Assembly (NCBI GenBank): GCA_964473525.1
Contig: CAYYPK010000031.1
Location: forward strand, 7,820-71,819
Direction of reading: 5' to 3'
DNA: 64,000 bases
DNA from: an uncultured bacterium
GTDB taxonomy: Bacteria; Poribacteria; WGA-4E; GCA-2687025
Both the position numbers and the translations under genes were made by a program. The stretch's first letter is position 1. Each line of letters starts with the position of its first letter. The notes beneath the pieces are model-generated. The model did not search any database. It was given only the letters and a program-made list of their open reading frames with translations, and had not been told where the DNA came from. Positions 31,038 to 40,268 of this stretch are shown here, piece by piece.

Positions 31038-32231
31038 TCAGTGGGATATCGTGACGCGCGCTCCAGATTCCGCTGAGCGCAACACGGCGTCGAGTACCTG
31101 TTGGTTCTTCCATCCGTCGTAGAAGTCGGGCTGCGGGTCGGTGTCCTCGTGGATGGCGCGGACGAAGTCCGCCACCTGGTGCACGAACGTGTGCTCGTAG
31201 CCTATCGCGTGACCGGGTGGCCACCAGGCGGCGACGTACGGGTGCGCCTCGTCCGTTGTGAGGATGGTGCGGAAGCCTTGGGCGCCAGCGTCGTCCTCGC
31301 GCGAGTAGAACTCGAGCTCGTTCATCCGCTCGAAGTCGAACACAATGCTGCCCTTGCTGCCGTAGATTTCGAAGCGGTTGTGGTTACGGCGGCCAGGCGC
31401 AAACCGGGTGGCTTCGAATGTCCCTACGGCTCCGTTCTCGAATCGGGCTAGGAACGACGCGGTGTCTTCCACCGTGACTTCGCCGGTCTCCACCCCGCCC
31501 TCGGCCGTCAGCATGGTTGTCAGCTCGCCCGTCTCCTGCGGCAGAGGGCGCTCCGTGATGAAGTTGTGGGTTTGCCCCGTGACCTCGGTGATCTCGCCGA
31601 CCAGGTACCGCGCCAGGTCGACCAGATGTGCGTTGAGGTCGCCGTGGGCGCCGGAGCCAGCCGTCTCCGCCCGGAGCTTCCAGATGAGTGGGAAGTCCTC
31701 GTCGACGATCCAGTCCTGCAGGTAGGCGCCGCGGAAATGGAAGATGCGGCCGATCTTGCCTTCCTCGATCAGGCGCCGCGCGTACGCCACCGCCGGCACA
31801 CGTCGATAGTTGAACACGATCATGTGCTTCACGTTCGCCGCGCGGACAGCGTCCAGCATCTCGCGGGCCTCGGCCTCGTTGAGCGCCATCGGCTTCTCAA
31901 GGAGCACGTGCTTGCCGGCCCGCGCAGCGGCGACGGCGATGTCCCGGTGCGTGTTCTGCGGTGACGCTATGTCGACAATGTCGATGTCGTCCCGCTCAAT
32001 GACGCGTTCCCACGACGTGTCAGCCTCCTCCCATCCCCACGCGTCCGCAGCCGCTTGGAGAGGGGCTTCGCTGCGACCACAGATGACCTTCATGACGGGC
32101 TTCGCGTCGCAGGGAAAGAAGAAATCCGCGTCCTTGTAGGCATGGGAGTGCGCCTTCCCCATGAACCTGTAGCCGATCAGCGCGACGTTCAGTTCCGAGG
32201 GCACGAGGCGCCTCCTCTTCCGGCGGGTCAC
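31038..32231 (-). CDS. Gfo/Idh/MocA family oxidoreductase
   Basis: N-terminal NAD(P)-binding segment (…VALIGYRFMGKAHS…) and …GKHVLLEKPMA… characteristic of the family. Confidence 0.85.
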   Translation of the reverse strand: MTRRKRRRLVPSELNVALIGYRFMGKAHSHAYKDADFFFPCDAKPVMKVICGRSEAPLQAAADAWGWEEADTSWERVIERDDIDIVDIASPQNTHRDIAVAAARAGKHVLLEKPMALNEAEAREMLDAVRAANVKHMIVFNYRRVPAVAYARRLIEEGKIGRIFHFRGAYLQDWIVDEDFPLIWKLRAETAGSGAHGDLNAHLVDLARYLVGEITEVTGQTHNFITERPLPQETGELTTMLTAEGGVETGEVTVEDTASFLARFENGAVGTFEATRFAPGRRNHNRFEIYGSKGSIVFDFERMNELEFYSREDDAGAQGFRTILTTDEAHPYVAAWWPPGHAIGYEHTFVHQVADFVRAIHEDTDPQPDFYDGWKNQQVLDAVLRSAESGARVTISH

Positions 32232-32532
32232 GGGCGGTCGTGAAGCGGCGAGACATGTCGGCGTTGCGCTGCGCCGCCCTGGGAGTGCGGCTCCACTCTA
32301 CCTGCTGAGGCGTGAGCACGCAATCCTGGCATCCGCAGGCTCAGGCCGGGACATGCGGGCGGCGGACGGTCTGCCGATGGACGTTACAGCGGTCGGTCAG
32401 CCCTACGGATACCCTCGTCGCGCCCGTCCGCCGGTGGGGAGCTTGCGCCCTCGGCCACCGGGCGCCGATAATCCAGACGGCGGCTTCTCGCGCTCGCGCT
32501 GTCGGCGGGCGAAAGGACGGGGGTAGGAGGCT

Positions 32533-35529
32533 TTGACGCGCGTGCAGCGTACACAATCGACGGTGTTGACTTCGCTTGTCGCGGTCGCGATCTCGGCGCT
32601 CGTGGCCGGATGCGGCTTCGGTGGCGACACAACGCTCAACCGGGCGCGCAAGGCGCTTGCCGCCGGCGACGCGGAGCGCGCCCGCGACGTGCTGTCTCAG
32701 GCGGACGCGTATCCTGCCGACCTGTCTCGCGGGCTGGTCCTGGCCGTTGATCTTGCGGGGAAGCCGGGCGACGACTGGGTGGCAACCACGCGCCTCATCC
32801 TCGATGCTGTCAACGCTACATACCGACAATCCCGCTCAGACGAGCGAACGGCGATCCACTCCTACGTAAGCGCCCGGCAGTTGCGCCGGACCCGCGCAGC
32901 CGCCGAGGCCGCGGATTTCGCCGTCGAGCGCCTCGCGGGTTGGCTTGCGAGCGCCGACCCCGGCGCCCTGCTCTCCGCCCCGGCCGCTGCGGTCGACGTC
33001 TCCCTGCTGGCGACGCGATCCCTGAATACAGCAGTCGCCGCGCGCGCCGACGACATACTCACCACTCTCGGCCCGGCGGCGATCCCGCCGTTGATAGCTG
33101 CGTTGTCTCACGACGCTCCGTCCGCGCGCGCGGCAGCCGTCCGACGGCTGTCGCGGTTGGGAACGGACGAGGCGCTGACGGCCTTGCTGCCCCTGATCGA
33201 CGCCGAGACCGAATTCGAGCCGCTCTACGAACTGCCCATGGCTCTCGGTCGGTTCCCGCTCGCAGACGCCGCCGCTCCGCTCATGGCAATGCTCGCCCTC
33301 CGCGACGACTCCTCACACGCAACGCCGTCCGGCCCTGCCCGGGCGGAGGCCATGGCGCAGCTGGGCCGCGTCCTTCGCGCGGTTCCCGAAGCGCGCGGTG
33401 TTGGCATCCCGGTGGTGATAGCGGGCCTCACGGACGAGCACGATTACGTTCGGTCCCGCGCGGCGTCCATCCTCACGGACCTGCGCCGCGACGCCGTTGG
33501 GCCTTTGCTGGCGCTCCTCGCCGCGGGGTGGCGGGATGAGCCGTTGCCCGTGCTGTCGCTGCTCCAGCCGTCCGTCGAGGTGGAAGCGCGTGTCTCCCTC
33601 TTTGGCGCAGCCTCGACGGCCCTTCTCGCGCTGTCGGAGCCCACCGTGATGACAGCCGACGAACGCGAGACCTTCGTGACCGCGTTGAGGGACGCGCTGT
33701 CGGACGAGACGCGTCGCTCGGTTGCCGTAGAGGCGCTGTCAGCCCTGGGTTCCGACGGCGCGGCTACCCTCTACCCGCTGCTGGACTCCCACGACGCTAG
33801 CGTGCGCGCGCTCGCCGCCGAGACACTGGCGGGGATGGGCGAGGACGCGTCCGCGGACCCGATCGTAGCCAGGATCACGCGGGAGACCGAAGCGGAGCCG
33901 TTGACGGCCATGGTCGCGGCGCTCGGCGCGCTCGACCCGGGCGCCGTGGTCGCGGCGGCAGATGCCCTGGTGGCTGCCGCGGACGGTAGACCCGATGTGC
34001 TCGAAGCGGTCGCTACGGCGCTGGCCGACGCCCTCGAAGGTGGGGCAGACGCCGCGCCGGTCGCGGACGCCGTGGACGCGCTGCTCGTCACGGCGACTGC
34101 CGACAGCGCGCGAGAGGGACTGAGGAGAGCTGCGATACGCGCGCTCGCTCTCCTCGCCCCGGACGGTATCGAGCTGACGATGCGGGACATCATGCTGTCG
34201 GAACACGCCGCGCCCCTCATCCGCAAGTCCGCGGCGGCGGCCCTCACGTCGATGGGTCCGCGCGCGGACGTGGCTCTCGGCGCCATGGAGGAGATCCTTC
34301 ACATCCGCCGCGAGGATCCTGACGCCTTCCTGAAGCGGCTTCGCAAGCGCCACGGATCGGAAGCCAGCCTGAATGCCGCGTGGGGCCAGTTGGGATGGCA
34401 GACAGGCTTCGGCAACTTCCGGGAGGTGAAGGTCATACCGAGCGTGCTGAGGTCCGAGGTCGTTCGCGCGGTGCACACGCTGCGCGGGTCCGATGCCGAC
34501 GACCTGCTCGCGGAAGTGCTGAGAGATGACCAGTCCGCGTCCGTGCGTGCTGTCGCGGCCTCCAAGCTCGCGGACGCGTCCACCCATGTAGACGCTCTGC
34601 TGCGGGCGCTGCGCAAGGACAAGTCAGGCTCTGTCCGCGCCGCGTGCGCCGTCGCGCTCGGACAGATGGGCGACGCTCGCGCCGAGAGGGCGCTACTGCG
34701 CGTCGTCGAGCGCGACGACTACGAGCAGGCGCGTAGGCAGGCGGCCATCGCGGTTGGGTCGCTGGGCGGCGCCAACGCCGCGAAGGCCCTCGCCGCGCTG
34801 CTCATAGCCGATGGGAAGGACGAGGACGACCAACTCACCGATGCGCTCGTGGGCGACATCGCCGACGCATTGGCGGCGATCGGCGAGGCGGGGACGCCGC
34901 ACGTGCTCCCCGGGTTGCAGCACGCCAGCGCAGACGTCCGGCACGCTGCGGTCCGAGCGTTGGCGCCCAATCCGTCGCCGGAGGCCCGCACGGCCTTGCG
35001 AGCTGTCCTCACTGACGATCCAAGCGCCCGCGTCCGCAAGGCTGCTGCCGGCGCGTTGGCCGCGCGGGAGGATCTGGACGTCCTTGCCGCCATCGTGGAC
35101 GACGCTGGCGAGTGGGGCGAGGTCAGAGCCGCAGCGGCGCTCGCGCTGGCCCGCGTAGGCAGGGCAGCGGTCGCGCCGACGCTGGTGGGTCGGCTCGATG
35201 ACCCGATTCCACACGTGCGCGCGGCGTGCGCGACGGCGTTGGGTGAGTTGCACGGCGCCGACGCCGCAGGTCCGCTGGCACGAGCTGCGGAGAATACGTC
35301 CGAGCTGTCGTCGGTCAGGGTCGCCGCCATCCAGGCGCTCGGCGCCATTGACGATGCCGGCGAACCCGCGCTTCTGCGTCTCGCTGCCGTGGAAACCGGC
35401 GCCGTACGCGAGGCTGCCGTCACGGCGCTGGCCGGCATCGAGTCGACCGCTGCCGCAGAGGCGCTGGCAGGAATCGCCGCGTCTCCGGCAGAGCCGAGGG
35501 CGCTGCGCGACATCGCCGCAGGCGACTGA
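32533..35529 (+). CDS. HEAT/PBS-lyase repeat lipoprotein
   Basis: 998-aa product with lipobox LVAGCGFGG. It is built from iterated …D.DVRxAAxxALGxLGD…A.A.LL… HEAT-like repeats. Confidence 0.75.
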   Translation: MTRVQRTQSTVLTSLVAVAISALVAGCGFGGDTTLNRARKALAAGDAERARDVLSQADAYPADLSRGLVLAVDLAGKPGDDWVATTRLILDAVNATYRQSRSDERTAIHSYVSARQLRRTRAAAEAADFAVERLAGWLASADPGALLSAPAAAVDVSLLATRSLNTAVAARADDILTTLGPAAIPPLIAALSHDAPSARAAAVRRLSRLGTDEALTALLPLIDAETEFEPLYELPMALGRFPLADAAAPLMAMLALRDDSSHATPSGPARAEAMAQLGRVLRAVPEARGVGIPVVIAGLTDEHDYVRSRAASILTDLRRDAVGPLLALLAAGWRDEPLPVLSLLQPSVEVEARVSLFGAASTALLALSEPTVMTADERETFVTALRDALSDETRRSVAVEALSALGSDGAATLYPLLDSHDASVRALAAETLAGMGEDASADPIVARITRETEAEPLTAMVAALGALDPGAVVAAADALVAAADGRPDVLEAVATALADALEGGADAAPVADAVDALLVTATADSAREGLRRAAIRALALLAPDGIELTMRDIMLSEHAAPLIRKSAAAALTSMGPRADVALGAMEEILHIRREDPDAFLKRLRKRHGSEASLNAAWGQLGWQTGFGNFREVKVIPSVLRSEVVRAVHTLRGSDADDLLAEVLRDDQSASVRAVAASKLADASTHVDALLRALRKDKSGSVRAACAVALGQMGDARAERALLRVVERDDYEQARRQAAIAVGSLGGANAAKALAALLIADGKDEDDQLTDALVGDIADALAAIGEAGTPHVLPGLQHASADVRHAAVRALAPNPSPEARTALRAVLTDDPSARVRKAAAGALAAREDLDVLAAIVDDAGEWGEVRAAAALALARVGRAAVAPTLVGRLDDPIPHVRAACATALGELHGADAAGPLARAAENTSELSSVRVAAIQALGAIDDAGEPALLRLAAVETGAVREAAVTALAGIESTAAAEALAGIAASPAEPRALRDIAAGD

Positions 35530-35545
35530 TCCTCGCACGCGCTGG

Positions 35546-36472
35546 CTACCCGTCCGCCCGCGCGACGCCAACGCCGAATTCCGCTTCGAATTCCCGCCAT
35601 GTCTCCGCCGGGATGTCCGTAGTCGCGGACTCGTACCCCTGCTCAACCTGACTTGTGTCGCCAGGGCCGAACATCACGACGCCGTCGCACGGCGCCGCCA
35701 GGCAGAATTGCATCGCGAGGTGTCGAATGTTCGCGCCACGGTCCCGGCACCATTGCCACATGTCGTGCGCGCGAGACTGGCGGCCGCCGTGTCGGCGCTT
35801 GTCCGTCTCAGCGTCGGGCTCCAAGCCGGTTAGCAGGCCCATGCCGAGGGGGCTCGCCAAGATGAGGCCGACGTCGTGCTCACGCGCGCCCGCGAGGGTG
35901 GTCGCTTCCGCCGACTGATCCAACAGCGTGTAGTCCAGGTACGTCAGCACGACTCCCGCCTCGCCCGTCTCGATGACACGCCGATGGGACGCATGGTCCC
36001 GTACGCCGACGCCAACGTGCTTGACGAGCCCTTCGTCCCGCATCTTCAGCAGTTCGTCGAACGCCCTGCCGGGCGCGAGGACGTCTTCGATGTCGTCCGG
36101 GTCGTGGACCAGCACGGCGTCCAGGTAGTCGACGCGCAGGTCGCGCAGGCTGTTCGTGACGCTCCATCGCGCCGTTTCCGCGGAGAAGTCCTTGCGCCGG
36201 TCGGGATGCGTGCCCACCTTCGCCTGTAGATAGAATTCTTCCCGCGGCACGTCCGCCAACGCCTGGCCCCAGTAGGTCTCGTTGTGCCCTGGGTACGTGT
36301 CGATGTAGTCCATCCCCAGGTCCAACGCGCGGCGAATGGCCCTCACGACCTCGTCTTCCGGCTGGCGGCAGAGCCACGCGGCGCCTAGCGCCAACGCGCG
36401 CGGCCGCATCTCCGTCTTACCCATGCGTCTAATCGGCAGTTCAGGCATCGGTATCTCCGCTCTGCTCTCCAT
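35546..36472 (-). CDS. aldo/keto reductase
   Basis: AKR-like segments (…MDYIDTYPGH…, …VDYLDAVLVHDPD…, …HVGVGVRD…). The true start may be the internal Met MPELPIRRMG. Confidence 0.78.
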   Translation of the reverse strand: MESRAEIPMPELPIRRMGKTEMRPRALALGAAWLCRQPEDEVVRAIRRALDLGMDYIDTYPGHNETYWGQALADVPREEFYLQAKVGTHPDRRKDFSAETARWSVTNSLRDLRVDYLDAVLVHDPDDIEDVLAPGRAFDELLKMRDEGLVKHVGVGVRDHASHRRVIETGEAGVVLTYLDYTLLDQSAEATTLAGAREHDVGLILASPLGMGLLTGLEPDAETDKRRHGGRQSRAHDMWQWCRDRGANIRHLAMQFCLAAPCDGVVMFGPGDTSQVEQGYESATTDIPAETWREFEAEFGVGVARADG

Positions 36473-36818
36473 CGGGCGGCTCTGCGACAGTGTAGCGCGA
36501 GGCGAGGGTGGTCACACGCGGCTCGGGCGACACGCGGTCGCCACCAGCAGCGCGGGCCTCTGCCTATGGCGCAACGCCGACGACATTCGCTATATGTAGC
36601 GGCAGCGGATGTCCGAAGCCCCGCACGCCGCGCGAACGCGCGCTCAGGGCTCGGCCTGACCGCTCGCAATGTTGGTCCGCGCCAGCGAGAACAGCGGAGC
36701 TGAATCCCCTCTCGCCGACGGAGAGCGTTAGGGTGAGGGCGGATGCAGGCCTGCGGTCGCAGGCCGGCGCCGGTCGATCCGCACATACGGGCCACGCAGC
36801 CTGGGAGAGAGTAGCGCA

Positions 36819-37961
36819 TTGAAGCAGCGCTGGACGACGCACGCCGATCTCGCGATCAAGAAGCCCATGCACGTCCGGCGTGAGGAGTACCTGGATCACA
36901 TGACGTTCCAGGCCAACGAGCGCCCTCTGTTCACAGAGATCTTCGGCCCGATCATCGGGCTGAAGGAGGAGTGGCACGCCCAGGGCGCTACGGAAGCCGA
37001 ATTGGACATGTCGCACTACCGCTACCGATGCCCAGCATTTGGCGGCGTGCCCGTCAACACAGGGTGGATGGGCGGCCCGCCGTCGCAAGTGCTCGAAGAG
37101 AACGACAAGGTCATCATCACGCGGGACCGCATGGGCCGTACGATGCGGATGGACAAGGGGTTCGCGACTCTCGCCCTGCCGCAGGACTGGCCCGTCGCCA
37201 CCATGGACGACTGGCTGAGCGTCCGGCATCACTACGAGTTCTCAGAGGAACGCTTCGGCCGCGACTGGGAAGCCGCGGCGCGCGCGCATCGCGAGGCGGG
37301 TCGCGTTGTGACAGTGGGCATCCCTGGCGGCTTCGACCAGCCACGGCAGCTCATGGGCGAGGCGGCCCTGTGCGAGGCGTACTACGACGACCCAGAGCTG
37401 GTCCACGACATGCTGGACACCATAGGCGAGACGGCGTGCCGCGTCCTCGACCGCGTGTCGCAGACTGTGCCCCTTGACCAGCTCAGCGTGCACGAGGACA
37501 TGGCGGGCAAGAGCGGCCCGCTCGCCGGCCCGGCTCAGATACGTGAGTTCATCGCGCCGTACTACCGCCGCGTCTGGGACATGCTTCACGACCGTGGAGC
37601 GCGGCTCTTCGATCAGGATTCCGACGGCGACATGAACCCGGTGATACCAGCGTTCCTGGATGCCGGCGTGAACGTCATGCATCCCATGGAGGGCGCCGCG
37701 AACATGGACGTCGTCGCGGTTCGTGAGACGTACGGCGAGCGTCTCGCGTTCTACGGCGGCATCGACAAGCACATCATACGGCGCAGCAGGGAGGAGATCG
37801 TCGCGGAGTTGGAGGCGAAGATCCCGCCAATGATTGCTACCGGAGGATGCGTCATCGCCCTCGACCATCGCATCCCCAACGGCACGCCATTGGAGAACTA
37901 CCGCTTCTACGTGGACACTGCCTGGGAGATCATTGAGCGGGAGGCCGCACGGGTGGCATAG
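36819..37961 (+). CDS. uroporphyrinogen decarboxylase (URO-D)/MtaA-like family protein
   Basis: 380-aa product with URO-D-fold family resemblance (…FYGGIDKH…, …CVIALDHRIP…). TTG start with a GGGAGAGAG Shine-Dalgarno. The context is not tetrapyrrole biosynthesis. Confidence 0.6.
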   Translation: MKQRWTTHADLAIKKPMHVRREEYLDHMTFQANERPLFTEIFGPIIGLKEEWHAQGATEAELDMSHYRYRCPAFGGVPVNTGWMGGPPSQVLEENDKVIITRDRMGRTMRMDKGFATLALPQDWPVATMDDWLSVRHHYEFSEERFGRDWEAAARAHREAGRVVTVGIPGGFDQPRQLMGEAALCEAYYDDPELVHDMLDTIGETACRVLDRVSQTVPLDQLSVHEDMAGKSGPLAGPAQIREFIAPYYRRVWDMLHDRGARLFDQDSDGDMNPVIPAFLDAGVNVMHPMEGAANMDVVAVRETYGERLAFYGGIDKHIIRRSREEIVAELEAKIPPMIATGGCVIALDHRIPNGTPLENYRFYVDTAWEIIEREAARVA

Positions 37962-38133
37962 TCGGCGGCTCGTCCCAGACATGCCCGCCGACGCCCGTCG
38001 CGTGACACAACGCCCGACCGCGCCGGTAGCGCCACGATGATGGCGCCTTGCCCGTCTACCGGGCCGAAGGCCATAATGGCGCCCGCGCGGCCGTGCGTAG
38101 CGCCCATCCACCCGCCAACGAGATCCGACCCGC

Positions 38134-40200
38134 ATGAAGAGCAACGGCGATGCAACGCGGCTGGAGATGGCCCACGTCCTCTTCATGGACGTCGTCGGCT
38201 ACACCCGTCTGTCGCTGGAGCGGCAAGGCGCCTGCATCCAGCAACTCCAAGCCCTCGTGCGCGGCACGCCGACCTTCCAGCAGGCCGAAGCGGACGGGTT
38301 CCTCCTCAGTCACCCGTCCGGCGACGGGATGGCGCTGGCGTTCTTCGACGACCCCACCGCGCCGGTGCGGTGTGCGTTGGAGATCGCGGACAGGATGCGT
38401 GGCGGGCAGAACATCGAGTTGCGGATGGGCGTTCATTCCGGCCCAGTAACGCGCGGCGAGGACATCAACGGCATGCCCAACGTGCGCGGGCAGGCCATCA
38501 ACATGGCGAACCGCGTGATGGACTGCGGCGACGCCGGCCATATCCTCGTGTCGCGCAGCGCCGGTGACATCCTCAGCGAACTCACCAGGTGGGCAGAGGC
38601 GCTCGTCGATCTTGGCGAGGCAGAGATAAAGCACGGCGAGAGCATCGGCCTGTACAGCCTCGTGGATGGGGGCCTCGGCAATCCCGCTCGTCCGTCTCGG
38701 CTCCCCTCCGCGGCACTGGAGCCCGTGGAACCCACGCCGCCCAGTGGCGCGCACGTGGCGCTCCTGTACCGCCGCAACGCGCAGCCCGACGGGGCAGTGC
38801 TCGACGCGCTTGATGAGCACCTGCGGGAGGCGGGCCACACGGTCTTCATAGACCGGCACATGACGGTCGGGATCGAGTGGGCGCGTGAGATCGAAGGTCA
38901 GATACGCGCTGCGGACATCGTCGTCGCGCTACTGTCGGCCAGCTCGGTGCGCAGCGAGATGCTGGACTACGAGGTGCGCGTCGCGCATGAGGCGGCGCAG
39001 GCGCAGGACGGCCGCCCGCGGATGTTACCCATACGCGTGGACTACGACGGAGCCCTCCCTCCACCCATGGCGGCGATCCTGGACCAGCTCCAGCAGTTCA
39101 TCTGGACGTCAGCCGACGACAACGACCAGATGGTGACGGAGATCGCGCAGGCCATCGACGGCCCGGCGCCCGTGGTCGATGCGGGCGAGGTATCCACGCC
39201 GGTCGGCGGCGCCGTTCCCATCGACTCGAAGCTCTACGTCGTCAGGCCGACCGACGACCAGTTCCACCGCGCCGTCTCACGGAAGGACAGCATCGTGCTC
39301 GTGAAGGGCGCGCGGCAGATGGGCAAGACGTCTCTGCTCGCCCGAGGCCTGCAGCAGGCGCGCGACATGGGCGTGCAGGCGCTGTTCACTGATTTGCAGG
39401 CGTTGAGCCCCGAGCAGGTGTCGTCGCCGGAGGAGTTCTTCCTGGCGATGGCGTACTCCCTCGCGGATCAGATGGACCTCGACGTGTTCCCAGAGGAGCG
39501 TTGGACGGATCGCCTCGGGCCGGGCGTGAATTTCGAGCGCTACCTGCGACGGGTCGTGCTTGCGGACGCCGATCACGTCCTATGGGCGCTGGACGAGGTG
39601 GACCGCATGTTCATCACCGACTACGCAAGCGAGGTGTTCGGGCTGTTCCGGTCGTGGCACAACAAGCGCGCGCTCGACCCCGATGGACCGTGGAGTCGTC
39701 TCACGTTGGCTATCGCGTACGCCACGGAGGCGCACCTGTTCATCACGGACGTGAACCAGTCGCCGTTCAACGTAGGCACGCGCCTCGAGCTAGCCGACTT
39801 CGACGTGGCGCAGATAGCCGAACTCAATCGCCGCCACGGCGCGCCGCTGAGCGCGACGGACGTCGACGCGTTCGCGCGTCTGGTCGGTGGGCACCCGTAC
39901 CTCGTGCAGCGCGGGTTCCAGGCGTTCGTAGAGGGTGGCGTGACCTACGCGACGCTCGAAGCGACGGCTGCCGACGACGACGGCCCCTACGGCGACCATC
40001 TGCGACGCATCCTTTTCCTGCTTGCGCAGAACGATCAGCGCCGCGCCGCGGTCGCGGGCCTCACGCAAGGCTCCATCGATGTCGACCCCGAGACGTTCTA
40101 TCACCTGCGCACGGCGGGACTGCTGACCGGAGCATCGATGCGGCAGGCGGAGTTCAGGAACGGGCTGTACGCCGACTACCTCGGCAGGCATCTGGCGTAG
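38134..40200 (+). CDS. multidomain signalling/conflict protein: class III adenylyl/guanylyl cyclase domain + TIR domain + AAA-like (STAND-type) ATPase
   Basis: Cyclase (aa ~5-185): …HVLFMDVVGYTRL…GDGMALAFFDD…RMGVHSGPV…NVRGQAINMANRV…HILVS. TIR-like (aa ~205-330): …VALLYRRNAQPDGAVLDALDEHLREAGHTVFIDRHMTVGIEW…IVVALLSASSVRSEMLDYEV. ATPase (aa ~375-640): …KLYVVRPTDDQF…IVLVKGARQMGKTSLLARGL…LWALDEVD… It matches the AAA-like PF14516 family as I remember it. Confidence 0.72.
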   Translation: MKSNGDATRLEMAHVLFMDVVGYTRLSLERQGACIQQLQALVRGTPTFQQAEADGFLLSHPSGDGMALAFFDDPTAPVRCALEIADRMRGGQNIELRMGVHSGPVTRGEDINGMPNVRGQAINMANRVMDCGDAGHILVSRSAGDILSELTRWAEALVDLGEAEIKHGESIGLYSLVDGGLGNPARPSRLPSAALEPVEPTPPSGAHVALLYRRNAQPDGAVLDALDEHLREAGHTVFIDRHMTVGIEWAREIEGQIRAADIVVALLSASSVRSEMLDYEVRVAHEAAQAQDGRPRMLPIRVDYDGALPPPMAAILDQLQQFIWTSADDNDQMVTEIAQAIDGPAPVVDAGEVSTPVGGAVPIDSKLYVVRPTDDQFHRAVSRKDSIVLVKGARQMGKTSLLARGLQQARDMGVQALFTDLQALSPEQVSSPEEFFLAMAYSLADQMDLDVFPEERWTDRLGPGVNFERYLRRVVLADADHVLWALDEVDRMFITDYASEVFGLFRSWHNKRALDPDGPWSRLTLAIAYATEAHLFITDVNQSPFNVGTRLELADFDVAQIAELNRRHGAPLSATDVDAFARLVGGHPYLVQRGFQAFVEGGVTYATLEATAADDDGPYGDHLRRILFLLAQNDQRRAAVAGLTQGSIDVDPETFYHLRTAGLLTGASMRQAEFRNGLYADYLGRHLA

Positions 40201-40268
40201 GCTGCCGCCGCCCTCGCGCGTGTCGCGCATCGGCCTTGGCAGCAAACGATAGGGAGTTCGCAGGACGC

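Noticed and set aside
39501-40268. 5' extension of the nuclease ORF (644-aa track ORF)
   Set aside because: It overlaps the 3' third of the cyclase-TIR-ATPase gene in another frame with a low-complexity Arg-rich translation. The conserved protein starts at Met 40269.
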